Positions 1 to 11,254 of a stretch of DNA of 64,000 bases are shown here, piece after piece. A model generated the notes under the pieces. It was not told where the DNA came from and did not search any database. It was given only the letters and a program-made list of their open reading frames with translations. The translations under genes were made by a program, and so were the position numbers. Numbering within the stretch: position 1 is the stretch's first letter; each line of letters opens with the position of its first letter. The DNA comes from Spirochaetaceae bacterium (GTDB lineage: Bacteria > Spirochaetota > Spirochaetia > DSM-2461). The stretch spans positions 1,152,001 through 1,216,000 of the forward strand of contig OZ245056.1 of the NCBI GenBank assembly GCA_965224705.1, given 5' to 3'.

Positions 1-1
1 G

Positions 2-1315
2 AAGATACTGCAGAATGCAGGTTATGACGTTCTTGTCGCTGAAGATGGGAATGAGTGTCTCAGGCTGCTGAAGACTGAACTTGTCGATGTTGTTTTTTTA
101 GACTTCCGTCTGCCGGGAATTGGAGGGTTTGAGGTACTGGAGGTGATTAAATCTCAGTGGCAGGATATTGAAGTGGTTATGATTTCAGGGCATGCAAATG
201 TTGAGAATGCTGTAAAGGCTATTAAACTTGGGGCCTATGATTATCTTGAGAAACCACTGCAGACAGCACGAGTTTTGACCATTGCGAGAAATGCTGTTCG
301 CATGGAAGCTCTTCGCCGGGAGAACACGTCTCTTCGCCAGGGACAGTTCATTGATGAAATGATCGGTTCTACACAGGAAATGCGGCAGATTCAGGACATC
401 ATCAGCCAGAGTGCTCCATCAGACTCACGTGTAATGATACTTGGAGAAAATGGAACCGGCAAGGAACTGGTCGCTCGAATGATTCATGCAAAAAGCCACC
501 GGTACAGGGAGAATTTCGTCGTTATGAACTGTGCGGCGATACCTGACAATTTGATAGAAAGTGAACTGTTTGGTCACGAAAAGGGTGCCTTTACCGGTGC
601 TGTCGCCAGGCACAAGGGGAAATTTGAAATAGCCGATGGAGGGACACTTTTTCTTGATGAAGTAGCTGATATGTCTCTGGATGCCCAGGCCAAGGTTCTT
701 CGTGCGATTCAGGAAATGACATTCACACCTGTTGGAGGAGAGAATCCAATTCAAGTCGATGTCCGTGTTATTTCGGCGACAAACAAGGACATACTTGGTG
801 AAGTAAAAGCAGGAACTGTTCGGGAAGATCTGTTCTTTCGGCTCAACGTTATCCCCATTACACTGCCTCCTTTACGGGATCGGAAAGAAGACATACCTGC
901 TCTCATCGCATATTACCAGCAGCGCCTTGCCCTGGAACGCAAGGAAAATGTACAGAAGCACTTCACCAATGAGGCAATGGAACTTCTTATAGAGTATCCC
1001 TGGCCTGGAAATATCCGGGAACTCAAAAATTTCGTTGAAAGAATTACTATTCTTGTTGAATCGACAGAAGTCTCTGAAGATGTAATGAAGTATTATCTTG
1101 GTGAAGCCGACAGGCATAATCCAGTTGTTCTGCTGGATCATGATTATCAGAATATGAAACTTGCAGAAGCCAGGGAGAAGTTTGAAATGTCCCTGATTCA
1201 ACAGCGTCTTGCTGCGTATAACAACAAAGTATCTGAAACAGCACAGGCCCTTGGTGTTTACACAAGCAATCTGCACAAAAAGATAAAAAAATATGGAATT
1301 GAGATCGTTAAATGA
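2..1315 (+). CDS. Sigma54-dependent response regulator (NtrC/NtrX family), 5' end outside window
   Basis: Frame open from window start (KILQNAGYDV...VVFLDFRLPG receiver); Walker A GENGTGKE, ESELFGHEKGAFTGA, WPGNIREL, C-terminal Fis-type HTH. Confidence 0.93.
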   Translation, partial: KILQNAGYDVLVAEDGNECLRLLKTELVDVVFLDFRLPGIGGFEVLEVIKSQWQDIEVVMISGHANVENAVKAIKLGAYDYLEKPLQTARVLTIARNAVRMEALRRENTSLRQGQFIDEMIGSTQEMRQIQDIISQSAPSDSRVMILGENGTGKELVARMIHAKSHRYRENFVVMNCAAIPDNLIESELFGHEKGAFTGAVARHKGKFEIADGGTLFLDEVADMSLDAQAKVLRAIQEMTFTPVGGENPIQVDVRVISATNKDILGEVKAGTVREDLFFRLNVIPITLPPLRDRKEDIPALIAYYQQRLALERKENVQKHFTNEAMELLIEYPWPGNIRELKNFVERITILVESTEVSEDVMKYYLGEADRHNPVVLLDHDYQNMKLAEAREKFEMSLIQQRLAAYNNKVSETAQALGVYTSNLHKKIKKYGIEIVK

Positions 1316-1917
1316 GAAAACCTACAACAAGGCAGATGGAGTTACTCGATTTCATTGAGAGCTTTCATAGAAGAAAACAATACTCGCCAAGCATCCGAGA
1401 GATTGCCGAACATTTCAAAATATCCGTCAAAGGTGCGTACGACCATGTACAGGCACTCAAGAGGAAGGAACTCATCACCCAGCAGAAGAATTGCCCTCGA
1501 TCCATAGGAATTGTAAATCGCTCAATGGAATCAGGCGAACAAAGCATCTTCATTCCTGTCCTTGGTCATGTTGCCGCCGGTACCCCACTATTCGCCGAAG
1601 AGAACTATGATGGTGAGATTGCACTGTCTCCCAGTCTTGTGGGTTCGTTTAGAAATGTCTTTGCCCTCCATGTGGAGGGCGACAGTATGGTTGGCGCAGC
1701 TATTCATGACGGCGATCTGGCCATCATTGCGAAGCAGGAGACGGCGGAGAATGGTCAAATCATTGTTGCGAGGCTGGATGAAGCAGTGACACTGAAACGA
1801 TATTACAAAGAGAAGAACCGTATATGTCTTAAGGCTGAGAATCCTGCTTACAGACCAATGTATAAGAGGGAGGTTCAGATTCTTGGACGTATCATTATGG
1901 TAATTCGGAAGTTTTAG
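1312..1917 (+). CDS. lexA: SOS repressor LexA
   Basis: N-terminal wHTH (PSIREIAEHF), VAAG cleavage site, GDSM catalytic Ser, TLKR catalytic Lys; ATGA overlap with upstream stop. Confidence 0.95.
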   Translation: MRKPTTRQMELLDFIESFHRRKQYSPSIREIAEHFKISVKGAYDHVQALKRKELITQQKNCPRSIGIVNRSMESGEQSIFIPVLGHVAAGTPLFAEENYDGEIALSPSLVGSFRNVFALHVEGDSMVGAAIHDGDLAIIAKQETAENGQIIVARLDEAVTLKRYYKEKNRICLKAENPAYRPMYKREVQILGRIIMVIRKF

Positions 1918-1919
1918 CC

Positions 1920-2918
1920 ATGGCGGCAGCCACTCAGCCTGTCTATTTCTTCCCCGGCCCGGAAACCGGGAAAAAAAGAGAGCGTATCAATTCAATTCTA
2001 AGCACTGTGACTGCTCAGGACGGGGAAGAGCCGGAATTGCATAAATTTTATCCCTATGACACTCCCATCGTTGATGTTATCTCCGTTATACAGAATGGTT
2101 CACTTTTCGCATCCCGGCGAGTCGTCGTGTTTTCGGATGTTCATGCCCTGAAATCAGATGGCATAAAAGCAATTATCGCATACATTCATTCCCCAACTCC
2201 AGACGCAATTCTGATACTCACTACCGATCAATCTCCAGGTTCCAGGGAGTATCCGGAAAAGCTGGCAGGATCCTTACCCAGGGACAGCATTGAGGTGTTC
2301 TGGGAGGCATTTGCAGGCGATAAGCGAGGCTGGGTAATGCACTTTTTCAGAGAAAAGAACATTAGAATTGAGAGCAGTGCGGTCGATGTTCTCCTGGATA
2401 TAACGGAAGGAACAACAGATGCATTGAAAGAAGCGTGCCATCATTTATGCTTTTCAATTGATCCAGAGGAATTAATACTTGAAGAGGATATCAATAAGGT
2501 ATTGGAACATGGCCGCGAAGAAACTGTTTACAGCCTTTTTGACCGTTTTTGCAGGAGGGACTTAAATGGAGTGCTGGATGCTTATCATAAACTGATGTAT
2601 TCCTCCCCGGCAACAATGGATAGATTTCTCATGCTGTTCGCGGATCCGGTTGTACACCTCATGAATTTCAAGCAAAAGGTTTCCGAGGGACTGGATGAAG
2701 GTTTTGCCGCAAAAGAATTGAGACTTGGAGGGGGGAAGCGTGCCCTTCGCAGCTATAAAGAAGGTGTCCATCGATACAGCAATACGGAACTCCGTCATGC
2801 AGTAAAAAGCCTGGTGGATCTGGAGGCATGGCTGCGGGATGCACCCCGGGAATTACGCAATCTTAAAACCGAACTCTGGCTATGCCGGGTAATCGGCTCT
2901 CATAATTCCGATCAATAG
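1920..2918 (+). CDS. holA: DNA polymerase III delta subunit
   Basis: VYFFPGPETG N-terminus, SLFASRRVVV motif, 332 aa, position after lexA. Confidence 0.85.
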   Translation: MAAATQPVYFFPGPETGKKRERINSILSTVTAQDGEEPELHKFYPYDTPIVDVISVIQNGSLFASRRVVVFSDVHALKSDGIKAIIAYIHSPTPDAILILTTDQSPGSREYPEKLAGSLPRDSIEVFWEAFAGDKRGWVMHFFREKNIRIESSAVDVLLDITEGTTDALKEACHHLCFSIDPEELILEEDINKVLEHGREETVYSLFDRFCRRDLNGVLDAYHKLMYSSPATMDRFLMLFADPVVHLMNFKQKVSEGLDEGFAAKELRLGGGKRALRSYKEGVHRYSNTELRHAVKSLVDLEAWLRDAPRELRNLKTELWLCRVIGSHNSDQ

Positions 2919-4693
2919 AGAAGGCGGATGGTTTCTTTCTGCGTTCTGTGTGATATTTTGACATAGCAGGTTTTTGTTGCATCTTCATAATACCAGCCCG
3001 CATAATAGCGTTGAAATTGAGGATCCTGAAACCACTCAATTCCCTGCATATACAGGGAATCAAATTTGTTTATACCCTTGATCGCTATATGGTGTGTACC
3101 ACCTGCAGGAAATTCCAGCAATATCCTTATTTCCTGATTCAATTTCGTTACTGTGAAACCTTCCGCACCGGTGATGGCCCATACTCCCGGATTTAATTCT
3201 TCAGCCAATGATACATGCCTTGGATATGCCTGGAAACCAATGATCTCAGGATAGAAGACTTCCGGAGGAATTGCCCCCGATTGTATAAGATTCCCGTCGC
3301 CTTCTACTTTCAAGGTTTCGGGTAAATTACCATCTTCATCAGCCATGTCCAGAGCTGATATAATCACTTGTTGACCTATTTCCCGGTTGTCATCATCGTT
3401 GAGGAGCAGCACTCCTGCCGTAAGACTGAGTTTTACATCAATGGAACCACCACTTTTTAATAACCACAAACCATTATTCAGCCAGTAAATTCGAGGCAGG
3501 AGATGAACATTGATCAATTCATCGATTGCTTCCTGGCGCAATTCCCTTAAACCCAATTCTCCGGCCTCGTGAAGAAGTGCCACCCGGGCAATTACCTCTT
3601 CACTGGATAATGATGAACCCTGTATTTCCTGAGCAAGGAGTACAATCCTGTTTGCCTGACTCAGATTATTTGTATCGACAAGATAGATCAGGCTGGTTTG
3701 TGGTGCCGGTAACAGGTTCATCAAAGCGATATCCTCCCCTGCTGCGTTGGCACTTCTTTCGACTTCCAGCTCATGGGCATGGCTGTGAGTGACAATATCG
3801 CCCAGAAAAGGGCTTGTCAGCCAGTTGATTTGACGAGGAAATCTTTCTGCCGCATTGAGGGCCGTAGCAAGACTGGCTGTGTAATGTCCATGCTGTATGG
3901 AGTCTGCCAATACAGCCGCAGCCATGGGGGCATCCCATTGTGTCAGGCGATCTGCATTGAAGCGTGTACTCCAGCTTCTTTGAGCCCTTTGAATCCACCG
4001 GTCTACGGCCTGCTGGTAAACATCCTGTGAAGGGAATGAATTCTGCTGCCGCCATTGAACAGCCGTCAGGTAGTCCCTTTTTTTCCATCCCGTTATTTCA
4101 AGAGTGGAAGAATCACTCCCGTTGGCAACTAATTGAATCTTTTCCGATGAAGTATCCCAGGATGAACTTTCCGGCAGTTTAACCGAATAAGCCAGTTCAT
4201 TAGTCGCAAGGCTGAAAACTCCTGGCTGTTCGGGGGAACTTGTTACGAGCGCATCACTGTTGATTTCAAATGGAATTTCCATGGAACGGACCGGCGGAAT
4301 GGTCTCTGGTATGATGGTGTCCAGGCGAAATCCAGGCTCGTCATCACCTGTCTGGATGGAGAAACCTGCACCATGACTGAGTTCAATATAAACAATGCTC
4401 TCTTCCTGCTTCCAATCAACGATGTCCAGTGGATGACGAATGCCGTCAGTCGTGATTAGCACGACTTTATTTCTTTGCGTGATGTCAATTTTTACCATGG
4501 CTTCACTGAGAGTTATACGTCTGATTTCCGGTGAATAGAGGGCCGTTCCACGACTTGTATAACCCTCAATCGATAGAGTGCCGGAACTTGCACTGAAATG
4601 CTTCACCTGAGTTAAGTGAATTATTAAAAAGCCTGCTGCCAGTAGTAGATAAGCTGAGACAAAAGGGAGATAACCTGTCAGGACACGTTTCAT
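2912..4693 (-). CDS. Hypothetical protein with N-terminal membrane anchor
   Basis: 593-aa ORF, hydrophobic N-terminal helix, no recognisable catalytic motif. Confidence 0.75.
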   Translation of the reverse strand: MKRVLTGYLPFVSAYLLLAAGFLIIHLTQVKHFSASSGTLSIEGYTSRGTALYSPEIRRITLSEAMVKIDITQRNKVVLITTDGIRHPLDIVDWKQEESIVYIELSHGAGFSIQTGDDEPGFRLDTIIPETIPPVRSMEIPFEINSDALVTSSPEQPGVFSLATNELAYSVKLPESSSWDTSSEKIQLVANGSDSSTLEITGWKKRDYLTAVQWRQQNSFPSQDVYQQAVDRWIQRAQRSWSTRFNADRLTQWDAPMAAAVLADSIQHGHYTASLATALNAAERFPRQINWLTSPFLGDIVTHSHAHELEVERSANAAGEDIALMNLLPAPQTSLIYLVDTNNLSQANRIVLLAQEIQGSSLSSEEVIARVALLHEAGELGLRELRQEAIDELINVHLLPRIYWLNNGLWLLKSGGSIDVKLSLTAGVLLLNDDDNREIGQQVIISALDMADEDGNLPETLKVEGDGNLIQSGAIPPEVFYPEIIGFQAYPRHVSLAEELNPGVWAITGAEGFTVTKLNQEIRILLEFPAGGTHHIAIKGINKFDSLYMQGIEWFQDPQFQRYYAGWYYEDATKTCYVKISHRTQKETIRLLY

Positions 4694-4780
4694 TATAAGT
4701 CATGATACTGATGTCTATTCCGCTGGGCAAGGTTGCCCGGTTGTGGAATCGTCGGCTATCATGATTCATAAGGAGAAAAC

Positions 4781-6175
4781 ATGCATCAATTACTCTTACC
4801 TGACAGGAAATCCATACTTCTTTCAGTCAGTGTTTACCTGCTGATAACCATATCCTGCACATCCATACCTGAAAAGTCTGGAGCGATAAACAATATAAGT
4901 CCTGGAGCCTCTTCATCCGAAGAAAAACCCCCGAAAGATCCTTACGAAGAAATAGAAAATTCAGATGATCTACTTGAAACTCTGAACAAACAGGATTGGG
5001 AAAAGATGGATCCTGAAACACAGTTGATCTATGCCGTGCTTCTTTCCAGTAATGGGCAGCTGGATGATTCAAAAACGATTTTGAACACATTGATCAGGAA
5101 TGATCCTTCAATGGGGACTGCGCTGTTTCATTTAGCTCTTGTCGAAGATGCTGGAGGAAATGAGGATGCCAGGAATAAAGCACTGGATTCCGCAATCAAG
5201 GCCGATCCAGACATGGTTGAAGCCCTGGTTTTCCGGGCTGACCTGGCAGTAGAACGTTCGCAGTTCTCCGAAGCTGAAAAGGATTACAGTCATGCATTGA
5301 AACTGGATCCAGAAAATGTGGAAACATTGGTGGGACTGGCGTGGGTATACGCAAAAAATGACAAAAAAGAGAAAGCATTGACTCTCCTAAGTGAAGCACT
5401 GGAAATAGACCCAACTTATATATATGCCAGAGTCGACAGAGCCAGAGTGAATGTCAGTTTGAGCAATTATGAAGATGCCGAAGATGATTTAGATGAGGTC
5501 ATTGCCCTTGAACCGGATGTTGAGTGGCATTATCTGGACAGGGCAAGAATAAGGCTGGCATATTTCAAAGATTTCGAAGGGGCGTTATCGGATCTGACCG
5601 TTGTAGAAGAAATGAATCCGGACAATTTCCTTGCGATGGTATATCTGGCAGGATTACATGAAGAACAACGCCGTTTTACAAGTTCTTTCCGCTACTACAG
5701 GAAAATTCTGGAGAAGCGTCCTGACTACATTGAGGCCTATGCCTCGATGGGAAAGCTTTCCTGGATGGCAGGTCATTATTCTGAAGCGGCCAGGTGGTTT
5801 GAAAAAGCTTCCGCCAACGATCCTGACGAATTCTCCCTGCAATTGATGAGTGCCCTGTCACTGCTTCGGGCTGGCAAAAGAACAGAGGCGAGAGTCATGT
5901 TCGCGGAGACTCTGCGCCGATTCAAGCAGGATGAAACGGCGTATTCAGTCGTCCGATTCTGTAGTGAACGTTCATCAGATGTTTTCGCTGTCAATGCATT
6001 GAATAAAGAGGTGAATGATGTGCTTCGAAACAGATTGTGGTACTACATGGGAGTCATCTACGAATATGAGAACAATCATACCGGTTCTACGGCTGTATTC
6101 GAAAAAATCAGCGAATTAAAGGGCCGGTTGGAATATGACCTGGCATGGGCAGCCCTCAATGGTATGGGAGATTGA
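4781..6175 (+). CDS. Tetratricopeptide-repeat lipoprotein
   Basis: AAGGAG SD; signal peptide ending LITISC; many TPR repeats (ALKLDPEN, ALEIDPTY, IALEPDV). Confidence 0.85.
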   Translation: MHQLLLPDRKSILLSVSVYLLITISCTSIPEKSGAINNISPGASSSEEKPPKDPYEEIENSDDLLETLNKQDWEKMDPETQLIYAVLLSSNGQLDDSKTILNTLIRNDPSMGTALFHLALVEDAGGNEDARNKALDSAIKADPDMVEALVFRADLAVERSQFSEAEKDYSHALKLDPENVETLVGLAWVYAKNDKKEKALTLLSEALEIDPTYIYARVDRARVNVSLSNYEDAEDDLDEVIALEPDVEWHYLDRARIRLAYFKDFEGALSDLTVVEEMNPDNFLAMVYLAGLHEEQRRFTSSFRYYRKILEKRPDYIEAYASMGKLSWMAGHYSEAARWFEKASANDPDEFSLQLMSALSLLRAGKRTEARVMFAETLRRFKQDETAYSVVRFCSERSSDVFAVNALNKEVNDVLRNRLWYYMGVIYEYENNHTGSTAVFEKISELKGRLEYDLAWAALNGMGD

Positions 6176-6177
6176 AT

Positions 6178-7380
6178 ATGAGTTCTTTCGTATTAGACAG
6201 AGTTTCCGATACACGGATGAAGATAGAAGTTGGAACCAGAAAAATTGTTCTGGTTGGTACAGCCCATGTTTCAGCGGAGAGTCTGGAAGAAGTAAAAACT
6301 TCAATACTTGCGGAATCACCTGATCATGTCTGTGTTGAATTGGATGATGCACGGTTGAAAAACCTTGAAAAGGGGCGTAAATGGTCAAGTACGGATATTA
6401 AGAACGTTCTCCGTAAGAAACAGGGTTTCATGATGATGGCCAATTTGGCTCTGACATCATTCCAGCGGCGTATGAGTTTTGATACTGGAGTACTGCCCGG
6501 TGAGGAGATGAAAGCTGCTGTCGATATCTGCCGGGAAAACAGCATTCCATTCACCTGTGCCGATCGTTCCGTCCAGATCACTTTGAGCAGAGCCTGGCGC
6601 AAAAGTGGTTTCTTTTCAAAGTTAAAACTTGTCTCATCGCTTATCGCATCAGTACTGTCTCGCGAGAAGGCCTCAGCAGAAGAAATTGAGAAGCTGAAAG
6701 AAACGGATGTGATGCAGGGAATGATGAATGAATTGGCGGCCTTTTTACCATCGATTAAAACAGTCCTGATAGATGAAAGGGATTACTTCCTCGCAGCTAA
6801 AATCTTTGATGCTCCCGGTGAGAGAATTCTTGCCGTTGTTGGAGCAGCCCATATCCAGGGCATCTGTAAACTTCTTGAGAAGATGTTCAACGGGCAGCTA
6901 TCCAATGATACCTCTGATATCGAAGTGGTACCACCGAAAGGATGGCTGGGCAAGGCGCTCCCCTGGATTTTACCTGCTGTTATCATTTGTCTATTTGTAA
7001 CAGGCATTGTACGATCCGGATTGGAAAGGGGACTGGAAATGAGTACGATCTGGATCCTTTCCAATGGAATTCCTGCCTCTCTGGGAGCGATAGCTGCACT
7101 GGCCCATCCCCTGACTGTTTTAGTCAGCTTCCTTGGTGCTCCTCTTACTTCCTTGAACCCGACTATTGGCGTAGGAATGGTTGCAGGACTTCTTGAATAT
7201 CTATTCAGAAATCCTCGAATCGTGGATATGGAAAACCTGAATTCCGATATAATTTCTCTGAAAGGCTGGTACCGGAACAGGATTACGCGGATTCTGCTGG
7301 TTTTCTTTCTCAGCTCTCTGGGAAGCAGCATTGGTACCATGGTGGCCATTCCATGGCTGACTCAGGTTATGGGGAAGTAA
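6178..7380 (+). CDS. TraB/GumN (pheromone shutdown TraB) family protein
   Basis: LVGTAHVS, VCVELD, PGEEM, LIDERD, VVGAAH motifs plus C-terminal TM helices; ATG at 6178 chosen. Confidence 0.9.
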   Translation: MSSFVLDRVSDTRMKIEVGTRKIVLVGTAHVSAESLEEVKTSILAESPDHVCVELDDARLKNLEKGRKWSSTDIKNVLRKKQGFMMMANLALTSFQRRMSFDTGVLPGEEMKAAVDICRENSIPFTCADRSVQITLSRAWRKSGFFSKLKLVSSLIASVLSREKASAEEIEKLKETDVMQGMMNELAAFLPSIKTVLIDERDYFLAAKIFDAPGERILAVVGAAHIQGICKLLEKMFNGQLSNDTSDIEVVPPKGWLGKALPWILPAVIICLFVTGIVRSGLERGLEMSTIWILSNGIPASLGAIAALAHPLTVLVSFLGAPLTSLNPTIGVGMVAGLLEYLFRNPRIVDMENLNSDIISLKGWYRNRITRILLVFFLSSLGSSIGTMVAIPWLTQVMGK

Positions 7381-7416
7381 TGCTCGATCCAGATCGTTAG
7401 AGCTTTGCTGAGTGAT

Positions 7417-8496
7417 TTATGCCGTGTCAGGAAGCTTGCCGGATTTTACCCGGCTCAGGCCCAATGCCCTGAGAATGAGTCCTGGAAGGGGCTTGCCATA
7501 CGGGCGTCTGGAAAGATTGATATACCACCCCCACTTTTTCATTACAGGAATTTTCAAGGTTTCCACAAACTCTATGAGCGTTCCGTCACTATCTTCAATG
7601 TAGGTGAATCGACCGGCGGCCTCTCCCATATCAAACGGCGTATTGGAATCGACGGTGAAAGAGAATCCATTTGAAGACAGTTTCTCTCCCAATGCATCCA
7701 TGCCGTGAACATCAAAGCAAAGATGAATGAAGCCTCCATCACCCCAATACCGGTTCTTAAAAATCTTATCGGGCTGACGATCCAGGGGCTGGACAAGCTC
7801 AATGCGGCATGATCCAAGGATTGGTCCAAATGGTCCTGTTGACTGCTGACCCCGGGAGAGACGCATACGGCGAAATCGTCTCTCTCCGCCATTCAATGGA
7901 TTCCAGTCAGGAAAAAATCCCTCTTCATCGTAGTCGACGACACCGAAACCCAATGTGTCCCGGTATAGTATCAGGGACTTCTCCATGGAAGAAACTCCGA
8001 TCACCGCCCCGACTGGCCCGCCTGTGAGATGGCCTTTCTTCTGGAACCATTCCTCCGACTGTATGATTTGAAATATGTTCCCCCAGGGATCTTTCAGAAA
8101 GAATGTTAGCTGACCATCCAATCCGGCAGCAGGGCTGTTCAAAACATTGCAGCCCTGGCGGAGAAAGTAACGATGAGCAGATTGAATATTCTCACATTTG
8201 ATAATGGCGGCATAGATGCCTGTGTCGCCCACAAGCGGTGGTTTTTTCGGGAAAACAGTATTCCGGCTGGTATACTGCCATATTTCAAATCCGGAACCGC
8301 CCCTGATACTTATGGCAAGTATCGCATCTCTTGCCTGTACTTCACCTCCCGTGTAGGGGGTCATCAATGGGGCTTCGGCGGCCTCCCTGAAGATGGGAAT
8401 ATCCATTCCAAACATGCCGCTGTACCAATGCCAGGCCTCCTCAACATCGGGAATTCCAATGCCTATCTGCTGTATTCCGTTGATAAGATATGACAT
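7417..8496 (-). CDS. VOC/glyoxalase superfamily protein (two domains)
   Basis: GIQQIGIG, FLKDPWGNIFQI, IHLCFDV, YIEDSDGTLIEFVE; ATG at 8496 with AGGAG SD; the longer predicted start lies in a MITE. Confidence 0.85.
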   Translation of the reverse strand: MSYLINGIQQIGIGIPDVEEAWHWYSGMFGMDIPIFREAAEAPLMTPYTGGEVQARDAILAISIRGGSGFEIWQYTSRNTVFPKKPPLVGDTGIYAAIIKCENIQSAHRYFLRQGCNVLNSPAAGLDGQLTFFLKDPWGNIFQIIQSEEWFQKKGHLTGGPVGAVIGVSSMEKSLILYRDTLGFGVVDYDEEGFFPDWNPLNGGERRFRRMRLSRGQQSTGPFGPILGSCRIELVQPLDRQPDKIFKNRYWGDGGFIHLCFDVHGMDALGEKLSSNGFSFTVDSNTPFDMGEAAGRFTYIEDSDGTLIEFVETLKIPVMKKWGWYINLSRRPYGKPLPGLILRALGLSRVKSGKLPDTA

Positions 8497-8510
8497 GGGG
8501 ACTCCTACTC

Positions 8511-8679
8511 CTAGGAGCCTGTCGGACTTACGCCTCACGGCTCGATTTTTGCCCTTTTTCCCTGCTGCTGCGTTGCCAAAATACTCACGTAGCCCAGCTA
8601 CGCTCCGTTTTTGTCGCCTTGCATCAGGAAAAAATCATCAAAAATCGCCTCGAAGCCTTAAAGTCCGACAGACTCCTAG
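8511..8679. mobile_element. MITE family A (CTAG-flanked, IS5-like target)
   Basis: CTAG-GAGCCTGTCGGACTT ... AAGTCCGACAGACTC-CTAG; related copies at ~14855-14925, 37771-37906, 38585-38751, 43059-43116. Confidence 0.8.
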
Positions 8680-8722
8680 AAAGTCTGTGTACAGAGTGCC
8701 CAATTCATGGAGATAAGTCAAT

Positions 8723-8840
8723 CGGGGTGTCAGAAAGCTTGTTAATCAGAAAAACATCTCTTTAATACGGCTGTTTTGGTGACCTAGGAGTCTGCAATTA
8801 CCAGAAACAGAGAGAATCTAACAAGCTTTCTGACACTCCG
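8723..8840. mobile_element. Small MITE-like inverted-repeat element
   Basis: 22-bp TIRs CGGGGTGTCAGAAAGCTTGTTA / TAACAAGCTTTCTGACACTCCG (1 mismatch). Confidence 0.65.
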
Positions 8841-8841
8841 T

Positions 8842-9239
8842 CAGGGCAATCGCATCTAAAATCCACTAGCCAGAGTGTTTTTCAAAGCCTTATTCATGGG
8901 TTTTTAACCGCAGAGGACGCAGAGAGCGCAGAGTGTTCAAGATAAATGTTGACCAATCTGTTTATGCTATAGAGACGAAAAAACCCGGACTAAAGTAAGA
9001 CTTTTTCTCCATTTTTGGGCGTTTTGCCCAAAATGTGGGTGCGTCCATGCGCCCACGGGCAGCTCTAAGCGGTTTTAAGAGCTCCCCTATATCTCTCTGC
9101 GTACCTCTGCGTTCTCTCCGGTTTAATGCCGCTTTGAGGAGATTCCACATTCTTTGAGACACTGGATAAAAATTTCCATTGACCTCGAAAACCAGTGTTT
9201 TCATTTTTTTTTGTAACAGAATTAGATGCGATTGCCCTG
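8842..9239. mobile_element. ISAs1-type non-autonomous element carrying one interrupted copy of the hairpin repeat module
   Basis: Perfect 18-bp TIR CAGGGCAATCGCATCTAA; 10-bp target duplication GACACTCCGT (8832-8841) / GGCACTCCGT (9240-9249). Confidence 0.8.
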
Positions 9240-9391
9240 GGCACTCCGTGATTGACAGTTGACAGCCCCACTCATCCCCTGTACAATGAGTACGTTTATC
9301 GCATATCCGCTGAAACAATTCCACACAATGATTTCCTGGGGGAACCAGAATGAGTATTTCCAAAGAACCATTATTTTCCTGACGGTAGCCG

Positions 9392-11254
9392 ATGGATTAT
9401 GATGCCCTGGTCGTTGGCGGCGGCCATGCGGGGATAGAGGCCTCCCTTGCCCTCTCACGGATCGGATTCCGTACCATACTGATCACTCAAAACCTTGACA
9501 CTATTGGTCAATTGTCCTGCAACCCGGCTGTCGGAGGTTTGGCCAAGGGGAATATGGTGAGAGAAATTGATGCTCTGGGCGGGGAGATGGGGAGGCTCAT
9601 TGATAAAACAATGATACAATTCCGGGTTCTCAACCGCAGCCGGGGACCAGCCGTTCAGGCCCCCCGGGCCCAGGCAGACAAACCAGCCTACAGACAGAAG
9701 GCCAAACATACCCTGGAACTTCAATCCAACCTGGATCTTTTTCAGGATACAGTTGTTGACCTCCTGACCGGCCCTGCTGACAGCTCACTCCAATCCGGCC
9801 GTCTCCAGACCACAGGCGTATTCACCGAACGGGGCCACCGTATAACGGCCAGGGTTGTTGTCCTCACAACGGGCACCTTCATGAACGGAAAAATATTCAT
9901 CGGTGAATACGAAGGTCAGAATGGCCGTATCGGTGAACCGGCGGCCATGGGCCTGGGTGATGCGTTGAGAAAAAAGGGATTTCGGGTTGGCCGCTTAAAG
10001 ACGGGTACTCCCGCACGAATTCATCGCCGCAGTCTCAATCTGGACAGGATGGAAATACAATTCGGCGATGATGAAGTCTTCCCATTCAGCTTTGACGATA
10101 ATAAACTCAATCGGCCAGCCCTGCCTTGCTACATTACCTATACAAATGAGCATACCCACGAAATTATTCGAAACCACCTGGGCCGTTCCCCATTGTTCTC
10201 CGGGCGGATAGAGGGAAATGGGCCACGGTACTGCCCATCCATTGAGGACAAGGTTGTGAAATTTCCTGACAGGACACGACACCATGTTTTTATTGAACCT
10301 GAAGGGCTGGAAACCGAAGAAATGTATCTCAACGGACTTTCTACCAGCCTGCCGGAAGATGCTCAGGAAGAGTATATTCACAGCATTCCGGGACTGGAAG
10401 AAGCGGAAATCCTGCGTCCGGGTTATGCCGTGGAATACGACTACCTCAATCCCATCGAACTCACACCGGCACTGGAATCCAAGCATCTGCACAACCTTTA
10501 CATTGCAGGTCAAACAAATGGAACAAGCGGCTATGAGGAGGCCGCCGCCCAGGGTTTAATGGCTGGAATCAATGCAGCACGGCAACTCCAGGGCATGGGA
10601 CCCATTATTCTTGATAGAAGTGAAGCCTACATCGGTGTACTTATTGACGACCTCGTAACTCAGGGGACTGAAGAGCCTTACCGGATGTTTACAAGCCGGG
10701 CCGAGCACCGCATCGCTCTGCGTCATGATAATGCTGACCGGCGTTTGTTTCTCAAAGGTGAGATGGCTGGACTTAACTCTTCACAGGCTGCCGAGCGGTT
10801 TGCTGTTAAATGCGATCGTATAGATGAAATCAGGGAACTTCTCCGTAAACGGACACTGAGAGAAGAAGAAGTGATTCAGGGTTCATTGGAGTCACGAAAG
10901 ACAGGAGAAAACTTTGAGCATCTCCTTCGAGATCCCCAAATTACCCTGTCCCATCTCATATCACTGGAACCCAGGATTGCCGTCAATACTCAAACAGACT
11001 GGCTTCATCAGATTGAATTGGATGTGAAGTACGAAGGCTATCTCAAGAGGGAGGAACGGCATGTCAGGCGATTTCGCAAGCTGGAACATGTAACAATCCC
11101 GGACAGCATAGACTGGAATACCGTACCGGGCCTGTCATCGGAAGCCCGTGAGAAGCTCAAAGTTATTCAGCCAGTGAGTGTGGGACAGGCTTCCCGTGTT
11201 CCGGGAGTTCGTTCATCGGATATTGCAATAATATTGGTGCAGATCGGTCGGTAA
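9392..11254 (+). CDS. mnmG: tRNA uridine-5-carboxymethylaminomethyl modification enzyme MnmG/GidA
   Basis: [62 protein letters not shown]. Confidence 0.98.
   Translation: MDYDALVVGGGHAGIEASLALSRIGFRTILITQNLDTIGQLSCNPAVGGLAKGNMVREIDALGGEMGRLIDKTMIQFRVLNRSRGPAVQAPRAQADKPAYRQKAKHTLELQSNLDLFQDTVVDLLTGPADSSLQSGRLQTTGVFTERGHRITARVVVLTTGTFMNGKIFIGEYEGQNGRIGEPAAMGLGDALRKKGFRVGRLKTGTPARIHRRSLNLDRMEIQFGDDEVFPFSFDDNKLNRPALPCYITYTNEHTHEIIRNHLGRSPLFSGRIEGNGPRYCPSIEDKVVKFPDRTRHHVFIEPEGLETEEMYLNGLSTSLPEDAQEEYIHSIPGLEEAEILRPGYAVEYDYLNPIELTPALESKHLHNLYIAGQTNGTSGYEEAAAQGLMAGINAARQLQGMGPIILDRSEAYIGVLIDDLVTQGTEEPYRMFTSRAEHRIALRHDNADRRLFLKGEMAGLNSSQAAERFAVKCDRIDEIRELLRKRTLREEEVIQGSLESRKTGENFEHLLRDPQITLSHLISLEPRIAVNTQTDWLHQIELDVKYEGYLKREERHVRRFRKLEHVTIPDSIDWNTVPGLSSEAREKLKVIQPVSVGQASRVPGVRSSDIAIILVQIGR

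Noticed and set aside
1..1917. LexA operator near lexA
   Set aside because: lexA is translationally coupled inside an operon whose promoter lies outside the window; no convincing box seen.
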